Positions 39,234 to 51,200 of a DNA stretch of 61,513 bases are shown piece after piece. The notes under the pieces are model-generated. The model saw nothing but the letters and a program-made list of their open reading frames with translations. It was not told the origin of the DNA and ran no database searches. The DNA is taken from the NCBI GenBank assembly GCA_036172245.1, contig JAYWIR010000049.1:1240001-1301513 (forward strand), written 5' to 3'. The translations under genes were made by a program, and so were the position numbers. Position 1 is the first letter of the stretch; each line of letters starts with the position of its first letter. This DNA comes from Raillietiella orientalis. Its lineage: Eukaryota.

Positions 39234-42200
39234 TCACACCTCAGTTATCTGCGTCTGTATCCTGACCTTTTTGGCACTCGCGCTCCTGCTCAGGTTCGGG
39301 GACTGAGCGCTGAAGCCAGGGTTCTCCAGGGTGAAACCGTTGGGGCCGGCTGGGTGGGTCTTCTTCTTCAGGCTGGACTTCAGGGGGGCACCGTTCGAGA
39401 GGATGACCGGTTGCGGCGCCTTGACGCCGATGTCTGTCAGGTCGCACAGCACCACGTGGCCGTTAGCCTGCCTGCGGAAGCCTCCGGAGGCGTCCCGGAA
39501 GGAGGGGTTGCGCACGGTCTTGGCTAGGCAGCCTTCGGGGTCCCTCGAGTAGAGGGTCGGGTCGCCTCCGAGCTCCCGGAACCAGCGCAGGATGAAGCCG
39601 CAGCAGATAGCGACAGCGAAGTAGATGACGATGACGACGATCTGGAAGAGGTGGTCGGCGTCCATGGTGGAAGCGGCGGCGGCGGCACGGGTGATGGTGG
39701 TCGGGGCTCGCCGCGCGGATAGCGACAGCGCCGGTCGCGCTTGGCCGCATCCTCTCGCTTAAGTATGCCTGGGGCCGGAGGTGGCGGCTGCAGTGGCGAT
39801 GGGCCCGCACCGCGCGCAGGTGCCTCGTCCTTGGAATCCTTTCTTCCCGTTATCGCCCGATCACTGCCGCAGTGTCCCTGCTCGGTATCCATGGGGACGG
39901 CCGCCGCCGCGTGACTCAAATGCCTTATTGGAGAGCGCCTTATCTACGCGACCGGCAGCTTCGGTCCGCAGTGGATCGCGGGTTGCTCCCTCCCGGGGGC
40001 TGCGGCTGGCCTTTCCCCGACAAAAGGTCGGGGGGTAAAGATCCAGAGAGCGCAGCCTCCCGAGGATCGCGGGGGGTGGGAGGGAGGGAGAAGACGGCAG
40101 GGGTGGAAAAGGGGGGACAGGGAGAGCAAAGTTCTGGGCGTGATCGCCTCCCTCAAAGTCCTTTCTCGCGTCTTCCCCCTCCTCCCTCTCATTCCGTGCG
40201 GGGTCTGACGCAGTCGTGTTCTGCGAACTCACCTGGATGTAGAACGCCCAGTCGCGGCTGACGGCAAACCCGAGGGAGGGCGCATCGCCCTGCAGGCTGA
40301 ACAGGACTCCGGCAAGGGCGGAGAAGAAACCTGGAAAGCAAGTTACGTTTCCTCCTGCCCTCTGCTCAAGAGCTGGGGTCAGTGGCGCCGCCGCTGAGAC
40401 TCACAGGCGAAGACGGAGCTGCCGACCTGGCACCAGACGCTCGTCCGGTAGCCGCAGGCTACCGGCGCCCTCGTGTGCATCATGAACACGACGGTTACCA
40501 GCAGGAGGGTGGTGACCCCTGCGAACGAAAGCCCCAGGGCTGCTGCAACGCCGGAGGCGAACACGTACGCTGCAAGAGGGGGCAGGGGTTCGTCGCCCCG
40601 CTCTCTCCTCCTCCCCCCATCTCTTGCGTCCGTGCTGGGCGCACACCCTCTTACCTCGTGGGCGGAAACGGGAGTGCTGGTGACCGCAGAGGGATCTCCT
40701 GTAGTTCTCGTAGATGCACAGCTTCCAGGGGCCGAAGTAGCCTTGCGCCAGAGCTGTGGAGGAGATGGCTGTCAGTGGCGCAAGAGTTGGTGCGCTCGCC
40801 TCCTCCTCCCCTTTTTGTCCCGGAAGCGGAAATGCACCCGGCGGCGGGAGTGGGACGCACCCCGACCGCTCTAGAGCATTGTCGTCCGTCCGGGAGGCCG
40901 AGGGGTGGGAGGCGGCGCCCCACTCCGGTCCCTCTCGATCCTCACCCCCGCGTTTCCCCATTGCTCTCCTATGCTTCCGGGGTTGCGCACGGACCCGCGC
41001 CCGCTTGCTCGGCAGATGCCGCCCTGCGCCGCGCGCGCCTCCCCGGATGCCCTTTGTCCTCAGGACGCAGGGGCACGTCGCGGCCACCGGAAGCGGGCGG
41101 CGGCTTCCCCGAGACCCGCCCTCTCCTGGTTCCGGGCGACGCGCGCTCCCCTGATCGGCAGCCGCGCGCGCCAGCGTCCCTCCGGAAATCGTTCCGGGAC
41201 GCGAGCACGCGCACGCGCGGGGCGCGCCCGGGGGTGACGGCGGCCTCCGAGGCTTCGTCCTAGCTCTTCCGCAAGGCCGATCCTGGACAACCCTCCTGCC
41301 CCTCTGAGATGATGTCCTCATATCCTTCCCTTCATCCACCTCTTCTCCTACCCAGCAGGCCCTCTCGACGGGTGTCCCCGTCCCCTGACAACAATGATAC
41401 GGCGGCGGCGGCGTGCTCCCTGGTAACGAGCCGTTTCACATCTCATTAGGGGCAGAGGAAGCGGAAGGAAGCCGGCGGTCGCGACGAGCGAGCCGAGCGT
41501 AAACGCAACCGTTTCGGGGGAGCAGGCGAATCGCTCTCGGACGACGGAAGTGCGCGCGAGAGGACTGCGGATGCTGGAGGAGAGACACGACGCTCACCTT
41601 CTCTTGATCCTTGAGCGGGGAGAAGATAAGTGAGCTGCGTCTCGCGATGGAAGTTATCTCTCCCAGAGGCTACGACGCCGGGAACGTCCCGGAGGGAACG
41701 AAGGACGTGAGAGGGGAGGAGGGGCTGTAGAGGCGATCATGAAGCTCGCCGAGGCCTATTCCGGTTTCGGAGTACCGGTGCGGCGGCGCTGCGATCGTTG
41801 CGTTCTCCACTGCCTTTCCACTGGGACGAACGATAGGAACTAAATCCGACCAAGGAGAGACGCTCGCGCCTTCGCTCCCGGTTCTCCGGCTGGTCCGGAG
41901 TCCGGATCGACGGACCCGCCTAGATGACCGTGGCTGCACCTTCTCACCACGCGCATCCGCTCTGGGTGGTGCCTTCTCACCACCCAGAGCGAATGCGCGC
42001 GCTCGGATCTGAGAGATCTTCTTCCGCTGCCCATTTCCCACTTGCCCTGCGAGCACCGACCAGCCGACCGACAGATTATTAAACAAAAGAGATTTCCTTC
42101 TTCTCTCTTTTTGCCAGATGCTCCCTCCTGTTTCCAGAAGCGACTCAGGATGCCGTCGGCTTCTAACAGGCAACGACATTTCGGCATGCAAGGTCCCCCA

Positions 42201-45200
42201 TCTCAGGAACAGCCGTTCGCTCCCGAGTGCCCCATCGCAGAGGCAATCCACCCCTTGGCGGTTCAGGGGGACAGAGCTCCATTCCCCCTCGGGAAGAGCT
42301 CTTCCGCGGTGTTCTTCCTCCGGCGGGCAGGGGCGCTCTCACGCGTCGAGTTCCGCTCCTGGCCGCAGAGGGCAGTCAGGAAATTCCCCAAGGATTCGCA
42401 GCGTTCCTAGGAAGGATTCCTCCGCTCCTGACTTGGGAGGCGGGAGTTTGGATGAGAAAGGTTTCCCGTCGAGTGCGGGAAAATCTTCCCGGAGATTTCG
42501 AGGATCTGAGGAAGCTCAGTTCGAAGTTTCCGGACGTGCTCGACTTTTTCTCCAAGTTTCCCGGAGAGGATCCCCGTAGCCGTGTGCGGTCACCATGGTT
42601 GCGCCGTTGCTCAGCGGCGACCTGACAGGATGGCGCGATGTTCTTATAAACGGGTCGCTTCAGCCTGCGCAACTGGACTAGGCAGCAACCGCTCCCTAAC
42701 GAAGTCCTTTTCAGGAGCGTAACTTTTTGGTCTAGACGGTGAGGGACGGCAGCGAGCCACCACGAGAGCAACCGCTCACTGCTGGGACTCAAGAGAGGTT
42801 CAATCTCTCACCACGCGGTCCCGGGAAAACGCAAATTCAAGGCTACTGCTGCTGTCCGGGAAGATTCTCTCCCGGGCGGCTGAGCCTCGCCGCGAAACGG
42901 ATGCTGTGCGAGCACATGCCTAGTGGGTTGGTCTCGTAAGATTTTCGTTCGCGATCCGGGAGAGAGCGTAGCTGCCCAGTGTACCCGATCCTTTTCTTTC
43001 CTTTTCAGGAAAGCGATCCAGCCTCGTAAGCATTCGAAACAGGCTTTCGAGCCCTACGTGGGAGCGGAGTCTCAGAGTTTAATCTCGTGACATCTGCATC
43101 GCCGACCAGAGTCAGCCAGGAGGTTGGACGCAGTGATGGAATGCACGCATCTTATCCGGTTTCACCGGAGGAAAACCATCCTCTTTGTAATCTGCTGAAA
43201 TATCGGGAGGAGCACTGCCCATATCCGAGAATAATATCAGTGACATCCATTTTTCATCAGCAAGAATTCAAGACCTCCCTTTTCCTCGGCAAAAGAGACA
43301 AAAAACAAAAAGAGCAAAGCTCCGGATAGGCTCTGCTCGAAGGTTAATAGAGAGAGGAAAAATCTTGGAAGTTAGGGGTTAACGGACCTTTCTTGTAGGG
43401 AAGATTAAAACAAAACACACATACAAAAAACAAGATCCCTTCAATCCCCTCAAAAAAAAACTCCGCGAAGATGCGCGCGTTCGTACCAGGACGCTCGGCA
43501 ACTCGTTCTCGTTTCTTCTACGAAGATGCTGGGGATTAGCCGGTGGTTAATTAATGAACATGAAGACTGAAACCCACGAGATTCCGATTTCATATCGAGG
43601 TTTCTGGACCGACTTGAATGGGAGCCCGAAACCATTTCGTCGCAGGAAAAGATTTTATCAGGAAAGCACACCCAGAAAAGAAAAGGAATGGAAAGGAAGG
43701 GGAAGGAGGGGGAGGACAAGGACCCACCCATGAGCTTTAAACGGTGTTTAGCAAATTAAGTTAAAACACTAGCCCTTTGGTTCCGATGGAAACGCCAATT
43801 ACCATCAATTATGAAGCGAAAAAATTGCAACGACATGATGTCTTAGGACGGCGTCATAGCGTCGTGGCTCCCTCGCAACGACGCAGAGGATCATTTCCAA
43901 ACTTTACATTCCTCCTTAGGGTTTCTTGCTGACGATTTTATTCGTTTCTTGTTTACGCATTGCGCCCTCTTGTAGGTTCTGAGCAAATCATCTGTACATG
44001 AATGGCATACATAAACATCTGAATGCTCTGTTACAGTCCGCGTACTTAAATTTTAATGTTCCCTGGAAACGTCATCGTCATTCCTGGAGAGTTTCGACCA
44101 CCTGATGCATTAGTAATTAGTACCGCAAATGATGCCAGCGAGAGAAAACGTGGAGTCTTGTTCAGCATTCGACCTTTGAGAACAAGAGTTGCGTCTGATG
44201 TTTCAGATGCAAGGAGGTGCAAGCGATTAATGGAAACCCTTGGCAACCAGGTGCAGGGACGGTGGGCACAGGAAACAGCAAGCGTACCTGGAAACCTGAG
44301 CTGTCCCAGAACAGAGCGGAAGGTTCTTAAGACGATAAAGGAAGGAGGGGGAGCACACGGTTGGGCGACAGGAAATGAATGTGGCGCTCATCCCCGTGCC
44401 AGGGAATAGGAAACGGTGTGGCGAATGAAAGGGGCTCCGTTGCGGCCGTCTCAGCAAAGACGAGAAACTAAGAACGCCTCGGCTGCCATTCCTCCGGAGG
44501 AAGGTTCTACGGAGCCACCGCCGGTATGTCGCCGTTGCCAAAAACAACCGCTAAACCACCGAGACCGCAAGAGAAGGGGAGAGGAGGGGGGGGGGGGGAC
44601 CGAACACGAAGCTGTTCGGTGGCAACGTAGGACCTCGATGCTGCCCGAAGAGCTCACGGAAAGGGGTCGAGGCAGGCCTCGTCCAGGGCCAGGAAAACCC
44701 CGGCTGGGCGGCTTGCGATGACGAAAAGACTTGCAAGGAGGTCGAACGCAGGGCCGTCAGGCGCGGGCGGGTGGCGTGCAGATCAGGCTAGGCCAAGCGG
44801 GAGCGAAGACAGAGAGCTGGAGATTCTTGCGTAAGGAGGTCGCTCTTTCTTTCAGATGAACGAGCCAACGGCGGCGGCTTCTTTCCACCCTGCCAACTGG
44901 AGCAGCAGGGGACGTCGCCCGCTGCTCCAGTTGGCAGGGTGGAGGCGTCGGCTCGCTCTGCCCGTTTCCGCGGTCGCACGAGCAGTAAGGACGCGGTGGG
45001 TGGAGACTTCACTGCTCCAAGTGTCAGGGAGTAAGGCTTGCGAGGAGGAAGATCTCGCGCTCGGCGAATGCACCACCATGAAAACAGCGGTTAATGACGG
45101 AGAGGGTGGAGGAAGAGAACGAATCGGCACTGGCTTTGCAACAGACGATGATGAAAGAATCCAACTCCAAAGAACCCAATCCTCTGGTGGAAAGTTGCGA

Positions 45201-48200
45201 GGCAACCAGGCAACGGTGGGGAAGTGGTGCTGCTTAGCTTTCGCGGAGTCCCACAGGCGCTACCTAGGGCTCACGGGATTTCGGGAGGTGCTAGCTGGAT
45301 GGACAGAGCCCGCCATTCTCGAAGCGACCTTGGCAGCTTCTATGCCCGCACTCTCGCTCGCACAGTGGGGTCGAACGTTGTCGGAAAGCCAGATGGAGTC
45401 GCATCCCAAAAGAGGAGGAGCAGACGCACCTCCTGCTGCCTTCACCACCCCTACATGCTCCCTACTCCACACAGACCACTCCTCCCGCGCACTCTCAGAA
45501 GCCGTCCGGAGGAATGCATGCACACGCCCCTTTGAAAGCACTTCGATGGACGCCGATGCCCACCCCTCGGTGCGAGGGAGACCGGAACCTGAGGTCTGGA
45601 GGACCTCTTCATGTCTTCGGGGTCGGCTCTGACTGTCCTCGCTGTCCATCTCTGTAGGCGTCGAAGACCTCACCCCTATCTCTTCCCAGAGAGAAGTTCG
45701 CCACGCTGATCTCGCGCGGCCCACGTCTCCCCCGGGCACCGCCTTCGTGCTCACTTCTGAGGATCCAGGGGATCTCTGTCCACCGCGGAGAATCAGGGAG
45801 CGACGCAGTTTCTTCTCAAGGACCCCTTGTGCGTCCGCTCACGTAGCTGCTGCGTTCCGCGGAAGCAGAGGACCGGAAGCGGGTCGCAGGAAGACAGAGA
45901 GCACGTGAGCCGAAGTCCCCTTCCCGAAGAAAGGAGGAGGGGCTCCTTGGAAACGAGCTGCGTCGTTTCTACAGAGGCAGAACAAAGGTAGACACCCTTC
46001 TCTCTCTGCACCTCTCGCGCGAGCGAAAGGAGCAGCTGGAGATCCGGAGCATTTCTGGAGGCAACTCCCGCGGCCGCGTGGGGAGGCTGCTCATGATCAC
46101 ATGATTGTCGGGGACGTGATGGAGCGATGCGCGGCTAGTTCTTCCCGCCTTACGGGCACCCTTGCAAGATGGGGCAAAGAAAGTTTCTGGAGAAATTTTC
46201 TGAGTGGCGATGGAGGATGGCCGGAAGCGCTTCCAGACTCTGTGGAACGAATGCGCCGCGAACCGAGCCTGCGATTCCCTTTCTTGCGGAGTTCCCGGTT
46301 CGGGGAACTTTTTCCGGTCACGCGCTCCAAGGAGGTGAAAGCAGCAGGAAGGCGTGTACTGAGGAATCAGAAGGCCGGTCCGAAAGTGAACTTCCGAGGA
46401 AGCAGGTGGAGGCTCTGAGCAGGCAGATGGACGCAGCTTTGGTGACCGATGATGACGCGAGGGTGAACGTGGAGATGGAGGCGACCTTCCCTGCCAGGAC
46501 GCTCCCAATTTTCCCTCACAGGGAGGATCAGTGAATCTCTCGTAGGAACGAGAAAAAGGGAGGAGGCGGGAGAAACAGGGGGACCCCAGCTGGAGCGCCT
46601 TTGCCGGAGCGTCGCGAGATGCCTCCACAAAGGCGGCGACCACAGCTGCCCTACTAGAGAGGATGCTGCCATCTCAGCTTGGATCGGCTTGCCAAACGAA
46701 TGCGTGGAAGGAAGGCCACCGCCTCGGTCCGGAGCCCAACCGGAGAGGGATTTCGGGAACTCCCGTGCGACCTTTTTCGCGTTCCCGAAAAACAAGGAGG
46801 CGCTTGCGCATGGCGTTTCCGCATTCCCTGGAGAGACAGGAAGCGTTGCCCCGACGGAAGGCAAACGGTGGCAGGTTCCCGATGTTTGCAGAAAGAGATA
46901 AGCATCGTCTGCAGCAGCGCTTTTGCAGGGGATAGACGCGCCTCCCAGGAGCAGGCGATCCGACGTCAGTCATCGGATCGCCTGCTCCGATGGCTGCTCG
47001 GTGGCTCCTACAAGGATGGATCCGCACTCGGAATAAGGACCCGGCTGCTACGACGAAGGGACCAAGGGTTGTTCGGCAGCCTCCAGCGGATCCGAAGGGT
47101 TCGCCTGAGTCCCTCTCCCAGCTCCTGGTTTCCTTGTCTTCGAGGGTCGGGAGAGGAGACTGCCAGGCACCACCGCAGAATCGAACCTCGATCGGGGTGG
47201 GTGAAGGAGGATTGGAGATGGGGTGGTCAACTGTTGAGAACATTCGACGACAAACGCAGACGGATGCGGAACACATGACACAGCCTGCTCTGCTCCAGCA
47301 ACCCAATGGCAAGGCCTGGAAGAGGTCTGGCGACCACGCACTGCAGTGATCTTCGGTGCCGGTCGAGCAGATCGTTCGTTGGGTGGAGGACGCAGCGAAC
47401 AACTACGACCGAGATTTCTCCATCCCTTCCGAAGTTCTTCCTCAATCCCATTCAATTCCTCATGGTTCGATGCCATCTTGAAAGGGCATGCGCTCGACAA
47501 AGCAGAGGTGCTCTCTGCCCATCCCAATGGGAAACTAACGCGAGAAAAATCAAGATGAGGAGGACTCGCATCTACAGGTAAAGCTGGGCACGTGCTTGCC
47601 TGATGGGTTAATCTAAAAATAGAATGTATCCATTCTAAAGCGTAAGAGGCGCGCACCGATTCAGCACGCGGATGTAAGTTCGTCTGGAACTTGACCCCCT
47701 CGTTTGGCGATTCGGCGCCCAACGGCGTGCCCGGAGCAATCGACTCGAGACCGTCCCACCCCTGGGCGCCCGAGCAACCGGCCTGCCACACGAGGCTGCC
47801 GAGAGAAATGGCGTCAGTTTCCTCCAGTTTCCTCCTCGGGAACCTGTGAGTTAGCCGTTTCAGAAGTTCGATCGGGTAGAAGCAGGGTCACCGGGAAGCT
47901 GTAGTAGGTCACCGGGTCACCTGGAAGAAGTAGGGTCACCGGTCAACCGGTTCCTTCCCCTGGCGTTCAAGGATCCTCATTTTCGGATGCGTTGTCGGAG
48001 AGACCAAGTGCTTCTTGGGGATGAACGGGGCATTTTCAAACTTCCGACGCGAACGGTTGAGAACTTTTTCTTGGAAAGTACCTTTGGATCGGCGTAGCGA
48101 CCCTACTCCTTCCCTGTTTAGCATCCATCGTGGGGGAGAGAGACTCACACCGGCATCACTTCCACGGCGTTCGAACTGACTTCGCGTTGATTCTGTTGCT

Positions 48201-51200
48201 AGAGTCCTCAAGCAAACTGATGCAAGAGGTCCATTCGGTCCATTCGTAATTTATAGACAGCGTTTCGTGAAAAAAATAAAAAGAAAGAATAAAATAAAAA
48301 AGGGATAGGAAAAAGGGGAAAGGTGGGGTTCTCGGTTTGGCTTCCTCCGTCTATGTAGATCGCTCGCGGTTGCTCTTTCGTGCAGTGGAAGACCCGCATT
48401 CCCGCTCTTCCCGAGAGGCGCCACATCTGCGAAAACACGACGACGGATTGGAAGCAACTGCTTCCTCTTCGGCGAGTTGGGACAACTGACAGGCAATCAG
48501 ACGAGGCCACCGGGTCACGGGGTAGTCCTTGGAAGGCGTCTGCGCAGGAGGCGGAGCGCCTCCTTTTTTCCCCACCAAACGTGGAAGATGGGGGAGGAGG
48601 AAGCACGGTACGGCCATTACGAACGCGCTCTTCCACATGCCGGGATCGCCAGGGAGGATACGCGAGGCGTCCCTCCCTCCCACTGAATGGTTTTTCACGA
48701 TTCCACGCCCGGTGCCGGCCGTGGAGATCGTCCGCGTCCACGGAACGCTCTCTTGGTCAAGGGCGCCTCCGGACTCTTCTACCGGAGATGCACAGCTGAC
48801 GGGTATGTACAGCTGCGCGTTCGGCTAGAGTGCTCCGAAAGATACAGCTAAGGCTTTGAAAAGAGAGGCTGCTAGGCGCAGATCCGGGCAGAGGCTGAAG
48901 GATGCGGGCAGAGGGGGGAGGTGAATGGGTGTTCTTTCACTCGCGAGAACCGGTCGAAGGAATGCTGCGTGGCTGCTTGAGAAGGAGAAGGCCACATGCG
49001 GTTCTGGTGTTCGGTCGAGCATCCCTGACGTCACGTTCGGGTAGTTGCCACGTGACTTCGCGAGCGCATACTGGGATCGCTCCGGGGCCGCGGAAAATCG
49101 GAAACTCAAGAAACCTTGAAGTCATTACTGGGTCCTGGGCGTCCATGACAGGTAGAAAAGAGCAAGAGACCCCCCCCCCAAAAAAAAAAAAAAAAAAAGG
49201 TACGATGCTGATTCTGATGGCCATCGGCTGGGTATCATCTTTTTTAAATTTCTCATCACGTTAGAGGAAGAGGACGGAAGAGCGGAAGAGTATTTGTGGG
49301 TGCAAGAATAAACGAGAGATGAATAGTGATGATAGAAGACACGTCCAAACACTACGGAAAGACCGCGCCGTGATGGCGATTTACAGACCTGCTGCTTCTT
49401 GCAGCGCTACGGAAAGGAACTCGCAATCTGCCCTCTGGCAAGCTGCCTCCCGGACAGCTTGCAGAAGACGACGTTCCAGGGGCAGTCGGAGCAGAGAAAA
49501 GGTTAAGCAGATCCAGAGGAAAAGTCAAATCTCCGTTTCCCCGGTCCGTCCCCATCAACGAGCAGTATTTTACCAGGACGTCGGCGAGAGTGATCGGAGT
49601 CTCGGTCAGACTCGGCATCCCACTCAAGCATCCCACCTGTCTAGGGAATTCTGAGAGCTTTCCTACCCTCTGACAACACTGCGAGAGAATGAGCACCTCT
49701 CCTTTCGCCAGGAGGTTCCTTCCGCGTCCTTTTCGGAAAGCAACCCGATCGGAATGGGGCAGATGAAGCCGGCATCTTCGAACCCCACCCGATTTGCGAG
49801 ATCCAAGGACGAGGTCCATGCGGCGGCGGCGGAAGTGCGGATCTCCTGTGCAGAACAGGAAGCAGAGCGCCGCAAAAGGCCAGGTTAGGCAGCAGCCGCA
49901 GCAACACACATCTACCTGACGAAGAGCCCGAGTCTCTTCGCGGAGGCCGAAGAAGCAGGCGATTTTCGAGACCGCTGGGGGTGATGGGATGGATGCCGGC
50001 AGCCAAGAAGCCACAGCAAGGAAGACGCGATCAGTAATGGCTGACACAGACCCTGCGACCTGCAGCACGCGCGGGAAGAGGAAGCCCAGCGGAAGCTGCT
50101 TTGTGAGGACGGAAGAGATCAGGTGGGGAGGGGTGGTGGCAGTGCAGAGCTTGAATGCAGGTGAAGGGCGAAGGGAGCATCGGGTGCGCAGAGATACGCA
50201 GCAAGCACGGAGGAAGTGGATCCTCTCTCAGACACGTAAGCGAATTCCGATGAAACGAAAGTCTGAACCGAGGGAGCAAACGAACTCGTGCCGATGGTGG
50301 CATTTCTTTGCGGGGGCGCGTGCACCGGGGTTACGACGTGAGGGGCACCTGAGCAGCGAAGGGGCGCAACGAAACCGGGCTCTCGCCAGGAAGCCGTCCT
50401 CAGTTGAGACTTCCGTGAGAGCGCATCCGAAGCGTGGACGGGGGGAGCTGCCTTTTTGTGGACGCATGAGGAAGGGATTACAGGTGAGGTTTCTTTTCGA
50501 GTGCTGCGGGAACAGGAAAAAAAGAGGGAGCTCTTAAACCTAACCCTGGACGGAACCGAACCTAATTAGGGGACGATTGGTCCCAGTCACGAGATCTGAA
50601 GGTGCACGCGAGTCGCACAGCGTGGGCGGCACGCAAGGGCGAGAGAGGGCTTCGAGCGTGCGGTGGGGAGGACGAGTGCGCTTCGAGAGGGTCAACTCCT
50701 GAAAGAGTGCACTTCGTTCGAAACTGCTAGTGTTCAGAGGTGCCAGGTAAGCTTCCCGGGCGAACTCCGTGGAGGCCGATTCGTTCCCGTTGGCCGCGGT
50801 GCGCTGGAGGTCCGTCCGTTCCTTTCCATGGACGGATGTCGGAGGACAGCGCTTCTGGAAACAAGCGTCCCTTAGAAAGAAACGTTTTCGTGCCTTTTCC
50901 TCTTTGGCCGACCCTCTGTGTCGGGTGGTCTCGTGAGCCTGGGTCCTCTCCCTTGCTTTCTTTCCTGATCCTACGTCCCCGTTCCTCTCCGACTCCTCGG
51001 AAATTCATCCCAGCTTCTCAAACTTTCCGCCTCAGAGACGCGCTAATCGTTTTTGCTCCATGACTCCTGCCGATGCCGCCGCATCCCAGTTATGCTGCCG
51101 TATCATGGATACGCATGTGCTGCCTCGCAGCGGACTGCTTGGTTGCACCTGCGCCTTCGAAAAGCAACTTTGTATGCCCGTGGAGTTTCCAAGGAGCTCT

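Noticed and set aside
39234..39665. Stand-alone 143-aa ORF with an excellent Kozak-like context (GCCGCCGCTTCCACCATGG)
   Set aside because: A pyrimidine-rich CAG acceptor at 39642-39643 joins it in phase 0 to the upstream exon and completes TM4 of the tetraspan protein. MDADHLFQ is most likely intronic, although an internal start cannot be excluded.
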